DNA of 64,000 nt from a virus (taxonomy: Duplodnaviria; Caudoviricetes), in the IMG/VR virus record IMGVR_UViG_3300005458_000015, positions 18,163-82,162 of that record; one strand, 5' to 3'. Numbering within the stretch: position 1 is the first letter of the stretch; the number at the start of each line of letters is the position of its first letter. The notes beneath the pieces were generated by a model, which was not told the origin of the DNA, made no database searches, and saw only the letters and a list, made by a program, of their open reading frames with translations. A program made the translations under genes and the position numbers. Of this stretch, positions 1 through 9,979 are shown one piece after another.

Positions 1-26
1 TTGCTGTGGACAGAGCACCCGCAACC

Positions 27-221
27 TCACTCTATCTTGCATCCGGCGTTTCGTAACTGACTCCTGGCGTTCTTCAACCCGCGCCAGTCCGAAATGGTGT
101 TTCCCACCACGACCATCTGGCCCTGAGGGCCTCGGAACTTCCAGTGGTTGGACCTGGCCTTCTCCACAGACCAGCCCTGACCTTCAACGAGTTTCTTTAG
201 GTCTTTGAATTCCTTGGTCAA
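27..221 (-). CDS. HicA-like (dsRBD-fold) small protein
   Basis: 64 aa; LVEGQGWSVEKARSNHWKFRGPQGQMVVV...SDWRGLKNARSQLRNAG resembles the HicA mRNA-interferase pattern (GW..+..H.K...P.G). Confidence 0.6.
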   Translation of the reverse strand: MTKEFKDLKKLVEGQGWSVEKARSNHWKFRGPQGQMVVVGNTISDWRGLKNARSQLRNAGCKIE

Positions 222-222
222 C

Positions 223-1701
223 TCATATCCTCAAGTCAAAGGAGAACGTGTTGGAGGCCGGAGGATGTGAAGCCTTCCCGCCAACATCACGCCATGGGGA
301 CGAATGCATCTCTTCGCCGTCAAGTCCGGTACGACCGACGTTGATGGGCACGGCCCTAGGCCGCTTGCGGTGACAGGTATGCCAAGCCAGAGCAAACGAG
401 CAGATGATGTCGGACAGGTGCTCGTCCTTGCTGCGGGAGTAGATCGACTCCACTGAGGCGTACTTGTGGTCGGTGTAGGCACTTTCGATCCGAGGAGCGA
501 TGAACTCACCACGCTCTACAGCCGCGATGTATTCGGTGAGCATCTCATCCCGGTCCCGACCGACCATCTGAAAGGGAGTAGACCGCTGGTCAATATAGTC
601 GTTGACGACGTTGCCCACGCCGGTCCCGTCGTGGATGGCCCGATAGCAGTGATACTCGGCCAAGAGTTTGTTGTACCACCCCACCATGACGGGCCAGGGG
701 TGCCGGTTACCCCTTTTGAAATGGACCAACTGCCAAGGTTTGACATCAGTTCTCCATACTGAGATGACGGTAAAGTCCTGCTCCTTAGCCCAGTCCGCAG
801 CAATCACATAGTCAGCGTTACGCCGGTAGTCATCGATGTGATGCTCTTCCATCCCGCCCTTGCGCAGGGATGGCGACTTGATCGGCTTCTTTTTATCGAA
901 CATGTTCTCGACCGAGTCGGTGTCCATGGCACGAGTGCCCAGGGTCGGCTCTTGCAGGTCGTACTCAACTGACCACATATGAGCGGAGACTTCTTGCTTC
1001 TTCCGCTCAACCGTCTCCATCTCAAGCCAGCCATCGATGGGGTTGGCTGATTCCTTCCAGCACCACTCAAAGACCGGCCAGTCGTTCTCCACTGCTCGCT
1101 GCAAGACCTCGTACATGGTCTTGTCCGGGTACTGGTGGGTGGAGGACATGACGGTCTGGGTGTCCAGGCCCCGACCAGGCATTGGCTGGCCCATGGCAGC
1201 GTCCAGGATGCCCAGGTCCATCTCATCGATCTCGTCTAGCCGAAGACGTTGAGGGTGGGGACCACGAACAGTGCGCTGAGAGGCCGTAAGAGGTCGAACA
1301 CGGGCCTTGTTGGTCAACCGCATCTCTGTCGGCCCAAAGTGCGCCAGCATGTGACTAGGGGCCAGCGGTGAGTCCCAGTATTCGTAAATGGCGTCGTGGA
1401 CGTTCTTGGACTGGTTCTCAGAGGCACCCAGCAAAGAGATGTCGGCGCCTAGAACCACTGCCTCCATCCAGGACAAGGCAGCCAGGGTTCTGCTCTTCCC
1501 TCCGAAGCCTCGGGACGCCTTCCAAATCGACACCGGAGACCGGGCGAAGAAGGCATCAGCGAAAGCCTCGAAGGGAGAGCAGTGCTCAACACACACCGAG
1601 TTGCGCGGGATACGGATACCCGTCAGCGTCCAGGTGAGTTCGTAGAGTTCGTCGTCAGTCTCTGGAGGTCGCTGGATGACAAAGTCAGCAGCAACCGTCA
1701 T
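223..1701 (-). CDS. terL: Terminase large subunit
   Basis: 492 aa; Walker A-like ASRGFGGKS, Walker B LRLDEIDE, coupling motif MSST, C-terminal RNase H-like nuclease (IAADWAKEQDFT, HDGTGVG, SDIICSFALA). Confidence 0.92.
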   Translation of the reverse strand: MTVAADFVIQRPPETDDELYELTWTLTGIRIPRNSVCVEHCSPFEAFADAFFARSPVSIWKASRGFGGKSRTLAALSWMEAVVLGADISLLGASENQSKNVHDAIYEYWDSPLAPSHMLAHFGPTEMRLTNKARVRPLTASQRTVRGPHPQRLRLDEIDEMDLGILDAAMGQPMPGRGLDTQTVMSSTHQYPDKTMYEVLQRAVENDWPVFEWCWKESANPIDGWLEMETVERKKQEVSAHMWSVEYDLQEPTLGTRAMDTDSVENMFDKKKPIKSPSLRKGGMEEHHIDDYRRNADYVIAADWAKEQDFTVISVWRTDVKPWQLVHFKRGNRHPWPVMVGWYNKLLAEYHCYRAIHDGTGVGNVVNDYIDQRSTPFQMVGRDRDEMLTEYIAAVERGEFIAPRIESAYTDHKYASVESIYSRSKDEHLSDIICSFALAWHTCHRKRPRAVPINVGRTGLDGEEMHSSPWRDVGGKASHPPASNTFSFDLRI

Positions 1702-2186
1702 GACTTCAACTTCCCGCAGTCAATCGGCTTCGGCTGCGACACGAAATAGTCGTGCAGAGCCTTCTGGCTCTCCAGTGTCAGTTGAACGATCTGCTTTTGC
1801 TGGGCCGGAGTGAAGTGGACATTCAACTGACTCAGGAAGGCTGCTGTGATGCCCTGTGACTCCTGCTGAAGGGTCAACTGCCGCTGGAGGTAGGTCCGAG
1901 TCGCCTGGTTCTGTGCGTTGCGCGTTTGGCATGTCCCGAACGACTTATTGATAAAGGAGTTCTGGTTGGAATGGTCGATGCCGAGCAAGATACCGAAAGC
2001 GACCAGCGCGGCTACCACAATAAAGGATTCGATACCAAGAATGATGTAAAGAACCTTACGCTTAACGAAAACAGTATGAAGTTGTCCTACTTGAGCGTTT
2101 AGATTCTTTACCTCAGTTATTAGTTCACGATGTAGAGATGCATCCCCATTGCTGCCGTTAGACGGCGGTGTCGTCTTGGTCGCCAT
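1698..2186 (-). CDS. Single-pass membrane protein (possible lysis accessory)
   Basis: Coiled coil, then TM segment VLYIILGIESFIVVAALVAFGILLGI, then a C-terminal domain with two Cys; start inferred at MATKTT. Confidence 0.7.
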   Translation of the reverse strand: MATKTTPPSNGSNGDASLHRELITEVKNLNAQVGQLHTVFVKRKVLYIILGIESFIVVAALVAFGILLGIDHSNQNSFINKSFGTCQTRNAQNQATRTYLQRQLTLQQESQGITAAFLSQLNVHFTPAQQKQIVQLTLESQKALHDYFVSQPKPIDCGKLKS

Positions 2187-2310
2187 CAGGGTTCTGCTCC
2201 TCCGCGTAGTCCTCAAGGCGCTCGGCTAGCCGCTCCAGCCGACGAATCGTTCCCAGGATGTACTCCTTGAGGTCATCATCATCTGACGATGAGCCACTAT
2301 TTGCTCTCAC
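2158..2310 (-). CDS. Small acidic hypothetical protein (50 aa)
   Basis: GTG start overlapping the upstream TGA (GTGA); VRANSGSSSDDDDLKEYILGTIRRLERLAERLEDY. Confidence 0.55.
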   Translation of the reverse strand: MRANSGSSSDDDDLKEYILGTIRRLERLAERLEDYAEEQNPDGDQDDTAV

Positions 2311-2666
2311 TCGGTCACCACCACTGATGCGGTCAAGCCGGAATTCGAGGACTTTGGAGCACTTCCTGAGATCGCGTGCGTAGTCGTAAGCAGCAGACCC
2401 AGCAGCGCCATGATGACCGCCCCAACTACCAACCGCCAGAGCCATTTCTTGTCATCCTCCAGGTCTTCAATTCGCTTGCTCTGATTATCGATGACAATCT
2501 TCAATTGATCTTGCTGTGCTGTCGCCGTCTCACGATAGGCGTCATAGAGTTCCTTGCTGACAAACGTCTTAGGAAGATCATTTGCCAACTGCTCGAATCG
2601 TTTGAAGACGTCGTCAAGACGGCGAGCGACCTCGCCAAGCATGGGCTTGAAGTCTGCGTCGTCCAT
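2307..2666 (-). CDS. Coiled-coil membrane protein (holin-like)
   Basis: 119 aa; coiled coil followed by WLWRLVVGAVIMALLGLLL TM helix. Confidence 0.7.
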   Translation of the reverse strand: MDDADFKPMLGEVARRLDDVFKRFEQLANDLPKTFVSKELYDAYRETATAQQDQLKIVIDNQSKRIEDLEDDKKWLWRLVVGAVIMALLGLLLTTTHAISGSAPKSSNSGLTASVVVTE

Positions 2667-2668
2667 CT

Positions 2669-2875
2669 TCAGACACCGTTCTGCCTCTTTTGGGTCTCCT
2701 CAGCACGCTTTGCTGCCTTGCCGTAGAAGACCACGTTGCGGGGACCAATGAGCATCTGACAGCGTGCGCACTCCAGCCACAGGCAATCCACACTGTTGGG
2801 ACAGTGCCGGATGAGTTTCTGGCTACACCCCTGGCAGACGATCTCCGTCATGTCCTCAGCGTGCGCCTGGCTCAT
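2669..2875 (-). CDS. Small Cys-rich (zinc-binding) hypothetical protein
   Basis: CQGC...C...CLWLECARC; coupled to neighbours. Confidence 0.65.
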   Translation of the reverse strand: MSQAHAEDMTEIVCQGCSQKLIRHCPNSVDCLWLECARCQMLIGPRNVVFYGKAAKRAEETQKRQNGV

Positions 2876-3021
2876 TGCGGTGTCTCTGACTGGATTACCG
2901 GCTTTGCCTGTTGATCCTTATGCCTCAACTGCACTCGAAGCACCGCAAGTTCACGGTGCATAGCGGCGATCTGCCCCAGCAGTTCGTCAATTACCTCACC
3001 CGCGTCTACTGGCTGATCCAT
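2872..3021 (-). CDS. Small coiled-coil hypothetical protein (49 aa)
   Basis: Read manually: MDQPVDAGEVIDELLGQIAAMHRELAVLRVQLRHKDQQ; ATGA overlap with the next gene. Confidence 0.6.
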   Translation of the reverse strand: MDQPVDAGEVIDELLGQIAAMHRELAVLRVQLRHKDQQAKPVIQSETPQ

Positions 3022-5155
3022 CCCCATTTCCCTTCACCAGATATGTATAGGGTCCATCTCCGTGTAGAGAGTATTCGCTCTTGGATGGTTCGACCTCGAA
3101 CGCTTCGTTCCGGCGTGTCGCCATAACCAGCCAGGTGAATTCGGTGCTGTCGGCATTGCCTTCGGTGAAGCCAGCCGCTCGCCCAACTGCGAACACACCG
3201 TCTTTGGGTGGCGAGGCCACCAGGTTGGCCACCTCGGTATGGCCATTGCAGACCTCATCCGAGGGATAGCAAGGCGTGTAACCGCACTTGTGGACTTCAG
3301 CAATGGGAGTGACATGCACAGTGGCAGTGCTTTCGTCACAGAGGGCGGTGAAGTAGTCCGGGAGATGGATCTCTGCGCACCCATCGACCAACTGCCCTCG
3401 GCCCCGGTAGAAAACAGCACTCTCCGGTCCTTCAATGGCCCCATGGACGAGGTACTTGCTCTTGTCGGTGGGGTGGTCGATGACGAAGGTCTTAGTGCCA
3501 GCGTTGACCCTGGTGTTTCCGGCAATAGCGCTGACAGCAGTGCCATCGACATAGTTGACCAGGTAGGTGGTAGAGCCACCACCAATGGTGGGAAGAGTGC
3601 CAGTCCAGTCATTGGTGTAGGTGTGAGCCGACGTGATCATCACGTAGCCACCACTAAAGTCAGCGTGGCCGGTACCAGCGGCGTTCACACACCAGACGTT
3701 GTTCCATCGGTTAGACGATGATCCGATGTCATAGGCGGCAGAAGCGCCAGGAACCCAGTTACCAATCACCTGTCCAGTGAAGTTAAGGTAACCAGCACCT
3801 GCGTTGAGAAAAGCACCACCACCTCCACCACCAAACAACTGTAGTGAAGCCGTACCGCTCTGAATCATAATGTTGTCGAATGCTGAAGCAGAACCATAAA
3901 TGCTTCCAGCAGCATGACCATTTACCCATACCTCAAATGCATGGGTACTGGAGTTAAGCACCACCTGTTGGTTGGCTACTCCAGTTGGGTCAGTGCGAAT
4001 GATCTGTCCATCGATGGCACCGTCAGCGATGTGAGCCGAGATCACGACGGCATTGAACTGCACGTTGTCTACGTTGATCGTTCCTGAGGCGGTGTTCACC
4101 GACACTGACGCCCAAGTAGCCCCAACCGGCACCGTCACCTGACCGGACAGAATGTAGACCGCCCCTGATGAGCCGCTGGTCCAGTTATTGACCACATAAG
4201 CCGTACCAGCAGTGGCGTTGGTGGAAGGAAGAGTGATGTTGTTGGATGAATCGATCACTTGTGAGTTGGAGACAGTGGGCGTGTTCCCCACCTTGGTGGC
4301 ATTGGTGTAGCCCTGTGTAGCCCCAAAGGTGACAACCAGGCTGACAGAAGGTGCAGCCGTGCTGGGTCTAACCACCGCAGCAACGTAATAGGTCTGTCCT
4401 GCTGCCACCGGAAAAGCGTTTGAGGTCAAATCAGCGTTGCCACTGAGGTAACCCGAGACAGAACCATCGATCACTGTGCTGGCATTCAGAGTGGTGTTGC
4501 TGGCAGTCCCTGTCCCACCGAGGAAGTTGTTACGCCACACCAGAGTCGTATGAGCGGTTGAGTCGATGTCCTCGAAGTTGCCGTTCAGGACCAAGTTCCC
4601 GCGCAGGTTGCCAATAGTCAGATCAGCGGCAGTGATCGACCCAGCCTGGATCTTGTCGCCTGTGATGGTGTTAGCAGCGATCTTCGCACCAGTGATGGTG
4701 TTGGCCGCTATCTCGTTGGCTGTGATTGTTCCCGCTGCGATCTGTGCTGCTGTGATCGTGTTGGCAGCAATCTGGGTTGCAGTGATGGCGTTGGTAGCGA
4801 TGTTGCTGGCAACGATGGTTCCAGTGGCTACCAAGTCCCCGGTGATGATCTGGGTGCGCTGCACATCCATCGGCACACCAGCACGGTTGCCGAACATCAA
4901 CAGGTCATCAGGTCCAATGACCGGAGTGCTTCCTGACCAGCCCGCCACAGTGCCAGCAGTAGTTGCGCTAGTGGTGGGCTTTGTGTTGTTCGTGACGACT
5001 TGTGGGACACCGCTGTTGTAGATCCACGCCACCCAAGCCGCCGCTGTGCTACCCGCAGCAACCGCATAGGTGACGCCCTTGTAGGACATCGAGAAGGCTG
5101 TCCAGGAGATCGATCCCGCGACAGGACTATTGGCGGTAAGGGTCGGATAAGCCAT
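2996..5155 (-). CDS. Tail fibre / receptor-binding protein
   Basis: 719 aa, G/S/T/A-rich; 10-aa ITAxxIAAxT repeats, LVLNGNFE carbohydrate-binding-like module, C-terminal TKTFVIDHP..LVHGAIEGPE domain typical of phage fibre ends. Confidence 0.8.
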   Translation of the reverse strand: MAYPTLTANSPVAGSISWTAFSMSYKGVTYAVAAGSTAAAWVAWIYNSGVPQVVTNNTKPTTSATTAGTVAGWSGSTPVIGPDDLLMFGNRAGVPMDVQRTQIITGDLVATGTIVASNIATNAITATQIAANTITAAQIAAGTITANEIAANTITGAKIAANTITGDKIQAGSITAADLTIGNLRGNLVLNGNFEDIDSTAHTTLVWRNNFLGGTGTASNTTLNASTVIDGSVSGYLSGNADLTSNAFPVAAGQTYYVAAVVRPSTAAPSVSLVVTFGATQGYTNATKVGNTPTVSNSQVIDSSNNITLPSTNATAGTAYVVNNWTSGSSGAVYILSGQVTVPVGATWASVSVNTASGTINVDNVQFNAVVISAHIADGAIDGQIIRTDPTGVANQQVVLNSSTHAFEVWVNGHAAGSIYGSASAFDNIMIQSGTASLQLFGGGGGGAFLNAGAGYLNFTGQVIGNWVPGASAAYDIGSSSNRWNNVWCVNAAGTGHADFSGGYVMITSAHTYTNDWTGTLPTIGGGSTTYLVNYVDGTAVSAIAGNTRVNAGTKTFVIDHPTDKSKYLVHGAIEGPESAVFYRGRGQLVDGCAEIHLPDYFTALCDESTATVHVTPIAEVHKCGYTPCYPSDEVCNGHTEVANLVASPPKDGVFAVGRAAGFTEGNADSTEFTWLVMATRRNEAFEVEPSKSEYSLHGDGPYTYLVKGNGDGSASRRG
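4620..4835 (-). repeat. About seven tandem 10-codon repeats in the tail fibre shaft
   Basis: IVASNIATNA ITATQIAANT ITAAQIAAGT ITANEIAANT ITGAKIAANT ITGDKIQAGS ITAADL. Confidence 0.8.
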
Positions 5156-5820
5156 CAGAACATCACATGTGAGGGTGAATAGGTGTCAGTCACCAAAAGC
5201 GAGTAGTCAGCCACATCAATGGTGGTGATCTGAAGCGGCGAGCACTGCACCTGAGTTGACGGTGCGCTCTGGTCACCCTTGAGGTTCACTGCAACCAAGC
5301 AGATGTTGAAGACCACGCCGTACTGCTGGGTGGGATAGACGAAACTCCCACCCTTGTTGGGAGTGGCTTGGATTGATCCAACCTTGGTTGTGTCATCCGG
5401 GGTGAAGTTCGGTGTGGTGGAGACATGCACATCGACATGGTCGTAGTCCGGTGGCCGGTAGTTGGTGTGATCAGCGTTAAGCCCATCCCAAGTCACCCAG
5501 ATGCCAGAGGGAATGCCCTGACAAGAAGGAGCCGAGGGAACAGGCGGTGCACCAAAGTTGCCAACTGCTGTGGTGTCCAGCGAGTTCTGGATGATCGAGG
5601 CGAGCAGATCAGGGGTGACGTCAGTAACCCCAGCCAATGCCATCAACAACGTGGCGATGGTGTCATTGATCATGGCCTGGATCTGGTCTAACAGCCCGGT
5701 GTCATCGAACCCCTGGATAACAGAGTCAGGAGAGGCACTGAGCACCTGATCGGGATCGATGCCAGGACCATTGGCCTGGGTAATCCGAACAGTCTCGATT
5801 GCCACGAGGCAAGCCTCCAT
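5155..5820 (-). CDS. Minor tail protein with FN3-like domain
   Basis: 221 aa; PSAPS..GIWVTWDG...VDVHVSTTPNFTP...LVAVNLKGDQSAPS fits an Ig/FN3-like fold. Confidence 0.65.
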   Translation of the reverse strand: MEACLVAIETVRITQANGPGIDPDQVLSASPDSVIQGFDDTGLLDQIQAMINDTIATLLMALAGVTDVTPDLLASIIQNSLDTTAVGNFGAPPVPSAPSCQGIPSGIWVTWDGLNADHTNYRPPDYDHVDVHVSTTPNFTPDDTTKVGSIQATPNKGGSFVYPTQQYGVVFNICLVAVNLKGDQSAPSTQVQCSPLQITTIDVADYSLLVTDTYSPSHVMF

Positions 5821-5837
5821 CCCCTATGCGATCTTGT

Positions 5838-8816
5838 CTAACGAACCATCTTCCAGGTAGCGCCATCCCAGACCCTGATGACAGCGTCAACCCACTGCAC
5901 ACCATCCCAAGCCCTAGGAGTAGAGATTTGCCAGGTCGCACCGTCCCATACCTTGAACATCCCTGCGACCAGGATGACTCCGGCTTCCACCGTCAAGGTG
6001 CCATTGGCCACCATGGTGAGAACAGCCAGAATGAAGGTCTGAGCCGCCACAGTTAGCCCAGCAGTTGCTGACATATGAGTAGTAGCCAACTCGGTATCAC
6101 TCGGGATAACTGACATACCAGCACTTGCTGCCATAGCCAATACACCGATGATCAGCGCATTGAAGAGCCAGCCTGTATTGTTGCCGTTGTTTACCGAGTT
6201 GTCACCGGCATACCAAAGGCCAACGCCAGAACCACCACTTGGATCTTGAGCAGTGATGTCCTTGATGGCCAGGTAGTCCGAGATGAACGGTGTGGTTGCA
6301 CCTGAAGTTGGACGCAGCAGGGCTGGAGAGCCTGCAACAGAAGAGTAGAGAGTGATCAGATTCCCCGCACTGCCTGTGACATTCCAAGCCCCGACAGTCG
6401 TAACCACAATCTGTGGAAGACGCAAGGAACGCCCAGGGGCAATCTGCATGACGCCGAACGTCATGGCGTTCTGTATCTGCAACTCAGCACTACCTGAGCC
6501 GATGAAATCGACCATGCCGATGGAGTAATTGGCTCCGGTCATGTTCATCTGCACGATGCCGGTGACAGTTGATGCCCAACGCACCGTACCAAAGCCAGTA
6601 CCTGAGATCACTGCTCCACCGTTCCAGGCAGGAGCAGCGCCCGTGAAGACAATGGTCGAGTTAACAGCGTTGATAGTCAGGTTGGTTGCGCCATTGAACC
6701 CAAATGCGCTACCGCCAGTGGCGGTCAGAGTCACAATCGATGTGCCCAGGTCAACTGTACGCACACCAGACCCGGCTCCTGGCAACAGACCAGGAGCGAT
6801 GTAATTAAAACCATTGGTAGCAAACATACCGTTGGTAACAGTCACACCAATATTTGATGAGGAGAAAGCATCACCAAGTGTGTATGAGCCACCAGGACCA
6901 TTAACGATCAATGACATAGTGATAACCATGCCAGCACTTGTGAACGTATGCGTCCCCCGACCAGCCAATGTCCAGGTCTGTGTGCCACTGAATGTCATAG
7001 CCGAGATCATCTTTACCGAGCCAAATGAAGCAAACGGCATGGAAGAGTGACCCCAAACTGGTGAGTTCGTCGCACCCGTCCAATCGATGTCCTTGCCAAT
7101 ACGAGGCATATCGGTCGTAACCGAGGTGCTCGATGTGAATGAGTTGGCGTCGAACCGAACAGAGTCTTGTGCGAGTGGCACACGGCCACTGCTGGCAGCA
7201 CCACCAGAACTGCTTGCCCATTTCGTAATGTCACTAAAGTTGCCAGCGGCCCCTGGAGACACCCAGTAATTCGTCATAGCAGGCGTGAAGATGATGCCAC
7301 TGTTGCCACCACAGTCACCCGAGTTACCTGTAATCGCTGACAGATCCCAGTCGGCTGCACCAGCCCCCGTAATGTCCTGCCAGTCTGTGTTCGCCGTGAC
7401 CACATTCGCCGCAGTAATAGTGCGTGACGAACCAACGGTATTGGACTGAACAAGTATCCGGTTCAGAACACTGTTGCCATTCACAGTCAGCGTGTTAGTG
7501 ATCGTCGCTGGTCCAGTGAAGGAGAGAGCGCCGGTCTTACCAGCGAACCCGTTCATGATGACGTTACCGAACGTGCTACCACTCGTTGCTGCAACAACTG
7601 AGGTGCCATTACCCACTGGGGTAAAGACGATAGTTGCACCATTCCAATTGACATTGCCGGTGGCGAAGTTGGCGTTTGAGTCCGTCATTGTGATGGTGGC
7701 TGTGTTAGCAGTGACGGTGAGGTTGTTAGACGTACCGGTGTTCCACGGCAACCCGCCGCCACCAGCACCAGTCAAGGTGATGCTTGATGACCCCAACGTC
7801 AACGTCCGCACATTGGTGTTAGACGAGTTGAACGAAGCCATTGTGGCGTTGAAGTTGTTAGTGAGCCAGGTCCCGTTAGTTACCGTCAAACCACCAGTAA
7901 GTAACAAGGCATCAGCCTGTTGCACTGTGATACCTACGCCAGAGAAGCCCAAGGTCTGAATGGACTTACCATTACAAGTAATGATCGTGCTGCTCTGAAT
8001 GATGACACTGGCTCCGGTAATACCTGTAGTCATCGTCGCGCCTAACGTAACCGCTGGACCCCACACCTGAATCGAGTTAGTGGGAATGTTGATCGTTCCG
8101 GTGAAACCAGTCGCATTAAGACTGTGACAAGGAACAGTGGCACTAACTGTCGTTGTGCCACCACTACTGTTGCCGTCAAAGTAGACATCGTCACTGCTTG
8201 TGGGAACCGAAGCACCACTAGGGCCACCTGAGTAAGTAGACCAGTGCGTTGTGGTGACTCCATCCCATGTCCCTGTGCCCAGCACCCAATAACGCCCAGG
8301 CGGATAGACAGCACCAACAGGAACAAGCGCTGCTGTTGCAGCAAGGCTAATAGTTCCAGTCGTAGAGACCTTGGCAGCAACCGTCAGTGATGTGGTTGCA
8401 CTCAACGCCATCGCCACACCGATGATCACTGTCTCGGTGAGAGTGGTTGTCGCGTGCATGGTGATTGAGGCAAGAGCGGTGTCTTTGCCAGTAATCGACA
8501 CCGCCGTGGTTGCAGTCATATGAACTGCTGCTAGCGCGGTGTCTACTGCACTCACCGTCGCCGAAGCAGCCCCATGCATAGCAACAACGGCTACAGCGGT
8601 ATCAACAGCAGCAACAGTCTCGACGGATGTTGCCGACATCGAGATACTGGCCTGGTCGGTGACCAGAGAACCAACTGTCATCCCGGCAGAGCCGGACATG
8701 GCTACTGACCCGAGAGTTATGACAACAGGATTGGCACCCAGGATGTAATGCGGATCAACCACCCCTGGCTTGACGATGTAGCGAGGAGTTGGTTGGGACC
8801 GACCAAGGCGAGCCAT
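5838..8816 (-). CDS. Large virion adhesin / beta-helical tail protein
   Basis: 992 aa, G/T/S/A-rich; two copies of a YWV..G...W...SGG...VP...D.V.FD.NS module; C-terminal WDG repeats. Confidence 0.75.
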   Translation of the reverse strand: MARLGRSQPTPRYIVKPGVVDPHYILGANPVVITLGSVAMSGSAGMTVGSLVTDQASISMSATSVETVAAVDTAVAVVAMHGAASATVSAVDTALAAVHMTATTAVSITGKDTALASITMHATTTLTETVIIGVAMALSATTSLTVAAKVSTTGTISLAATAALVPVGAVYPPGRYWVLGTGTWDGVTTTHWSTYSGGPSGASVPTSSDDVYFDGNSSGGTTTVSATVPCHSLNATGFTGTINIPTNSIQVWGPAVTLGATMTTGITGASVIIQSSTIITCNGKSIQTLGFSGVGITVQQADALLLTGGLTVTNGTWLTNNFNATMASFNSSNTNVRTLTLGSSSITLTGAGGGGLPWNTGTSNNLTVTANTATITMTDSNANFATGNVNWNGATIVFTPVGNGTSVVAATSGSTFGNVIMNGFAGKTGALSFTGPATITNTLTVNGNSVLNRILVQSNTVGSSRTITAANVVTANTDWQDITGAGAADWDLSAITGNSGDCGGNSGIIFTPAMTNYWVSPGAAGNFSDITKWASSSGGAASSGRVPLAQDSVRFDANSFTSSTSVTTDMPRIGKDIDWTGATNSPVWGHSSMPFASFGSVKMISAMTFSGTQTWTLAGRGTHTFTSAGMVITMSLIVNGPGGSYTLGDAFSSSNIGVTVTNGMFATNGFNYIAPGLLPGAGSGVRTVDLGTSIVTLTATGGSAFGFNGATNLTINAVNSTIVFTGAAPAWNGGAVISGTGFGTVRWASTVTGIVQMNMTGANYSIGMVDFIGSGSAELQIQNAMTFGVMQIAPGRSLRLPQIVVTTVGAWNVTGSAGNLITLYSSVAGSPALLRPTSGATTPFISDYLAIKDITAQDPSGGSGVGLWYAGDNSVNNGNNTGWLFNALIIGVLAMAASAGMSVIPSDTELATTHMSATAGLTVAAQTFILAVLTMVANGTLTVEAGVILVAGMFKVWDGATWQISTPRAWDGVQWVDAVIRVWDGATWKMVR

Positions 8817-9520
8817 TAGATGAACGCCGCTCTGTTCACAGCCTGCGAGAAGACAGAGCGCTGTCCCTTGCCACCCATATAGACAATGTCGAACTCACGA
8901 GTGTCAACACTGCCAAGGGTAAGTGCAGCGCTTGAGGTGTTCTCTGATATTCCTATGGTCTGGGAACCACCATTTGTAAGTTTTACCCAGATCTCTGCGT
9001 ATAGATAGACACCCTGATTGAAAATCCAATCACCATTACTGACACTTCCAGTAAACGTGTTGGTTGTTGCTCCACCACTGGTGTAAGAGAGAGTTGGACC
9101 GTTAGTAGCAGTACCCATAAGCGAATAAGCGCTTGCTACTGAATCATATGAATAAAGACGACAGTTAAAACCGCCTGACGCAATCGTCTGACCTACGCTA
9201 AAAGTAAGAGTGAACTTGAAGGTAAAACTACTACCGTTCGAGATACGAAACTCTGGAGCGCTACCAAGAGCGCTCGACCCGCTGGTGTCATAGTGCCAGC
9301 CATGCTCATTGCCAACAGTGGGGTCAGAAAGACTCAGCGCGTTCTCCCAGGTCCCACTGCCATCGGCTTTGACTCGACCCCAGTGATTTGCAGTAGCAGT
9401 AGAAGCCACTGTGGTAGTAGCAGTTGACAGAGTCGTTGTAGCAGACCGTAATGAGTTTGCACCGCTGCCTGCTCCCACAGCGGTTGAAGGAAGACTGCCG
9501 AAGAAGATTGAGTTCGACAA
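8816..9520 (-). CDS. Putative virion structural protein
   Basis: 234 aa, S/T/G-rich beta-type sequence inside the tail cluster. Confidence 0.6.
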   Translation of the reverse strand: MSNSIFFGSLPSTAVGAGSGANSLRSATTTLSTATTTVASTATANHWGRVKADGSGTWENALSLSDPTVGNEHGWHYDTSGSSALGSAPEFRISNGSSFTFKFTLTFSVGQTIASGGFNCRLYSYDSVASAYSLMGTATNGPTLSYTSGGATTNTFTGSVSNGDWIFNQGVYLYAEIWVKLTNGGSQTIGISENTSSAALTLGSVDTREFDIVYMGGKGQRSVFSQAVNRAAFI

Positions 9521-9523
9521 GGA

Positions 9524-9979
9524 TTACTCCTCGAACTCGATGTTCACCGCCACTGTCTGCGCCTGGGGAGCGTTACACCGCACTCCAATGATTGTGCTGG
9601 GCGGGAGATAGACCTCCCGACCCAAAGGCAACTGCTGGATCACACCAGCGGTGCTGGGCACGTACCACGACTTCACCACTGTCACAGTGCCAGCAGGCTC
9701 AACGGTGTCGTTGGTCTTAGCCGTACAAAGACTGGCTCTGTTCTGCGACTCACCATTAACCCGAGTCGGAGTGAAGGCTGTGCCAGTAGAAGCGGTGGTG
9801 TAGCGCACCAACTCCACCAACATCTCAGAGTTCTGCGTGGTCACACCGTTCTTAGTGGTGATGTCGATCGAAATGATCCGAGCCGAGACGGTAGAACCCG
9901 CTGTAACCTCAGCAACCGTCTTGGCAGTCGCTGCTACCAGCGCGACACCAGACGCAGTAACCACATAAGTCTCAGCCAT
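9524..9979 (-). CDS. Putative virion structural protein
   Basis: 151 aa beta-rich ORF, coupled to neighbours. Confidence 0.6.
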   Translation of the reverse strand: MAETYVVTASGVALVAATAKTVAEVTAGSTVSARIISIDITTKNGVTTQNSEMLVELVRYTTASTGTAFTPTRVNGESQNRASLCTAKTNDTVEPAGTVTVVKSWYVPSTAGVIQQLPLGREVYLPPSTIIGVRCNAPQAQTVAVNIEFEE

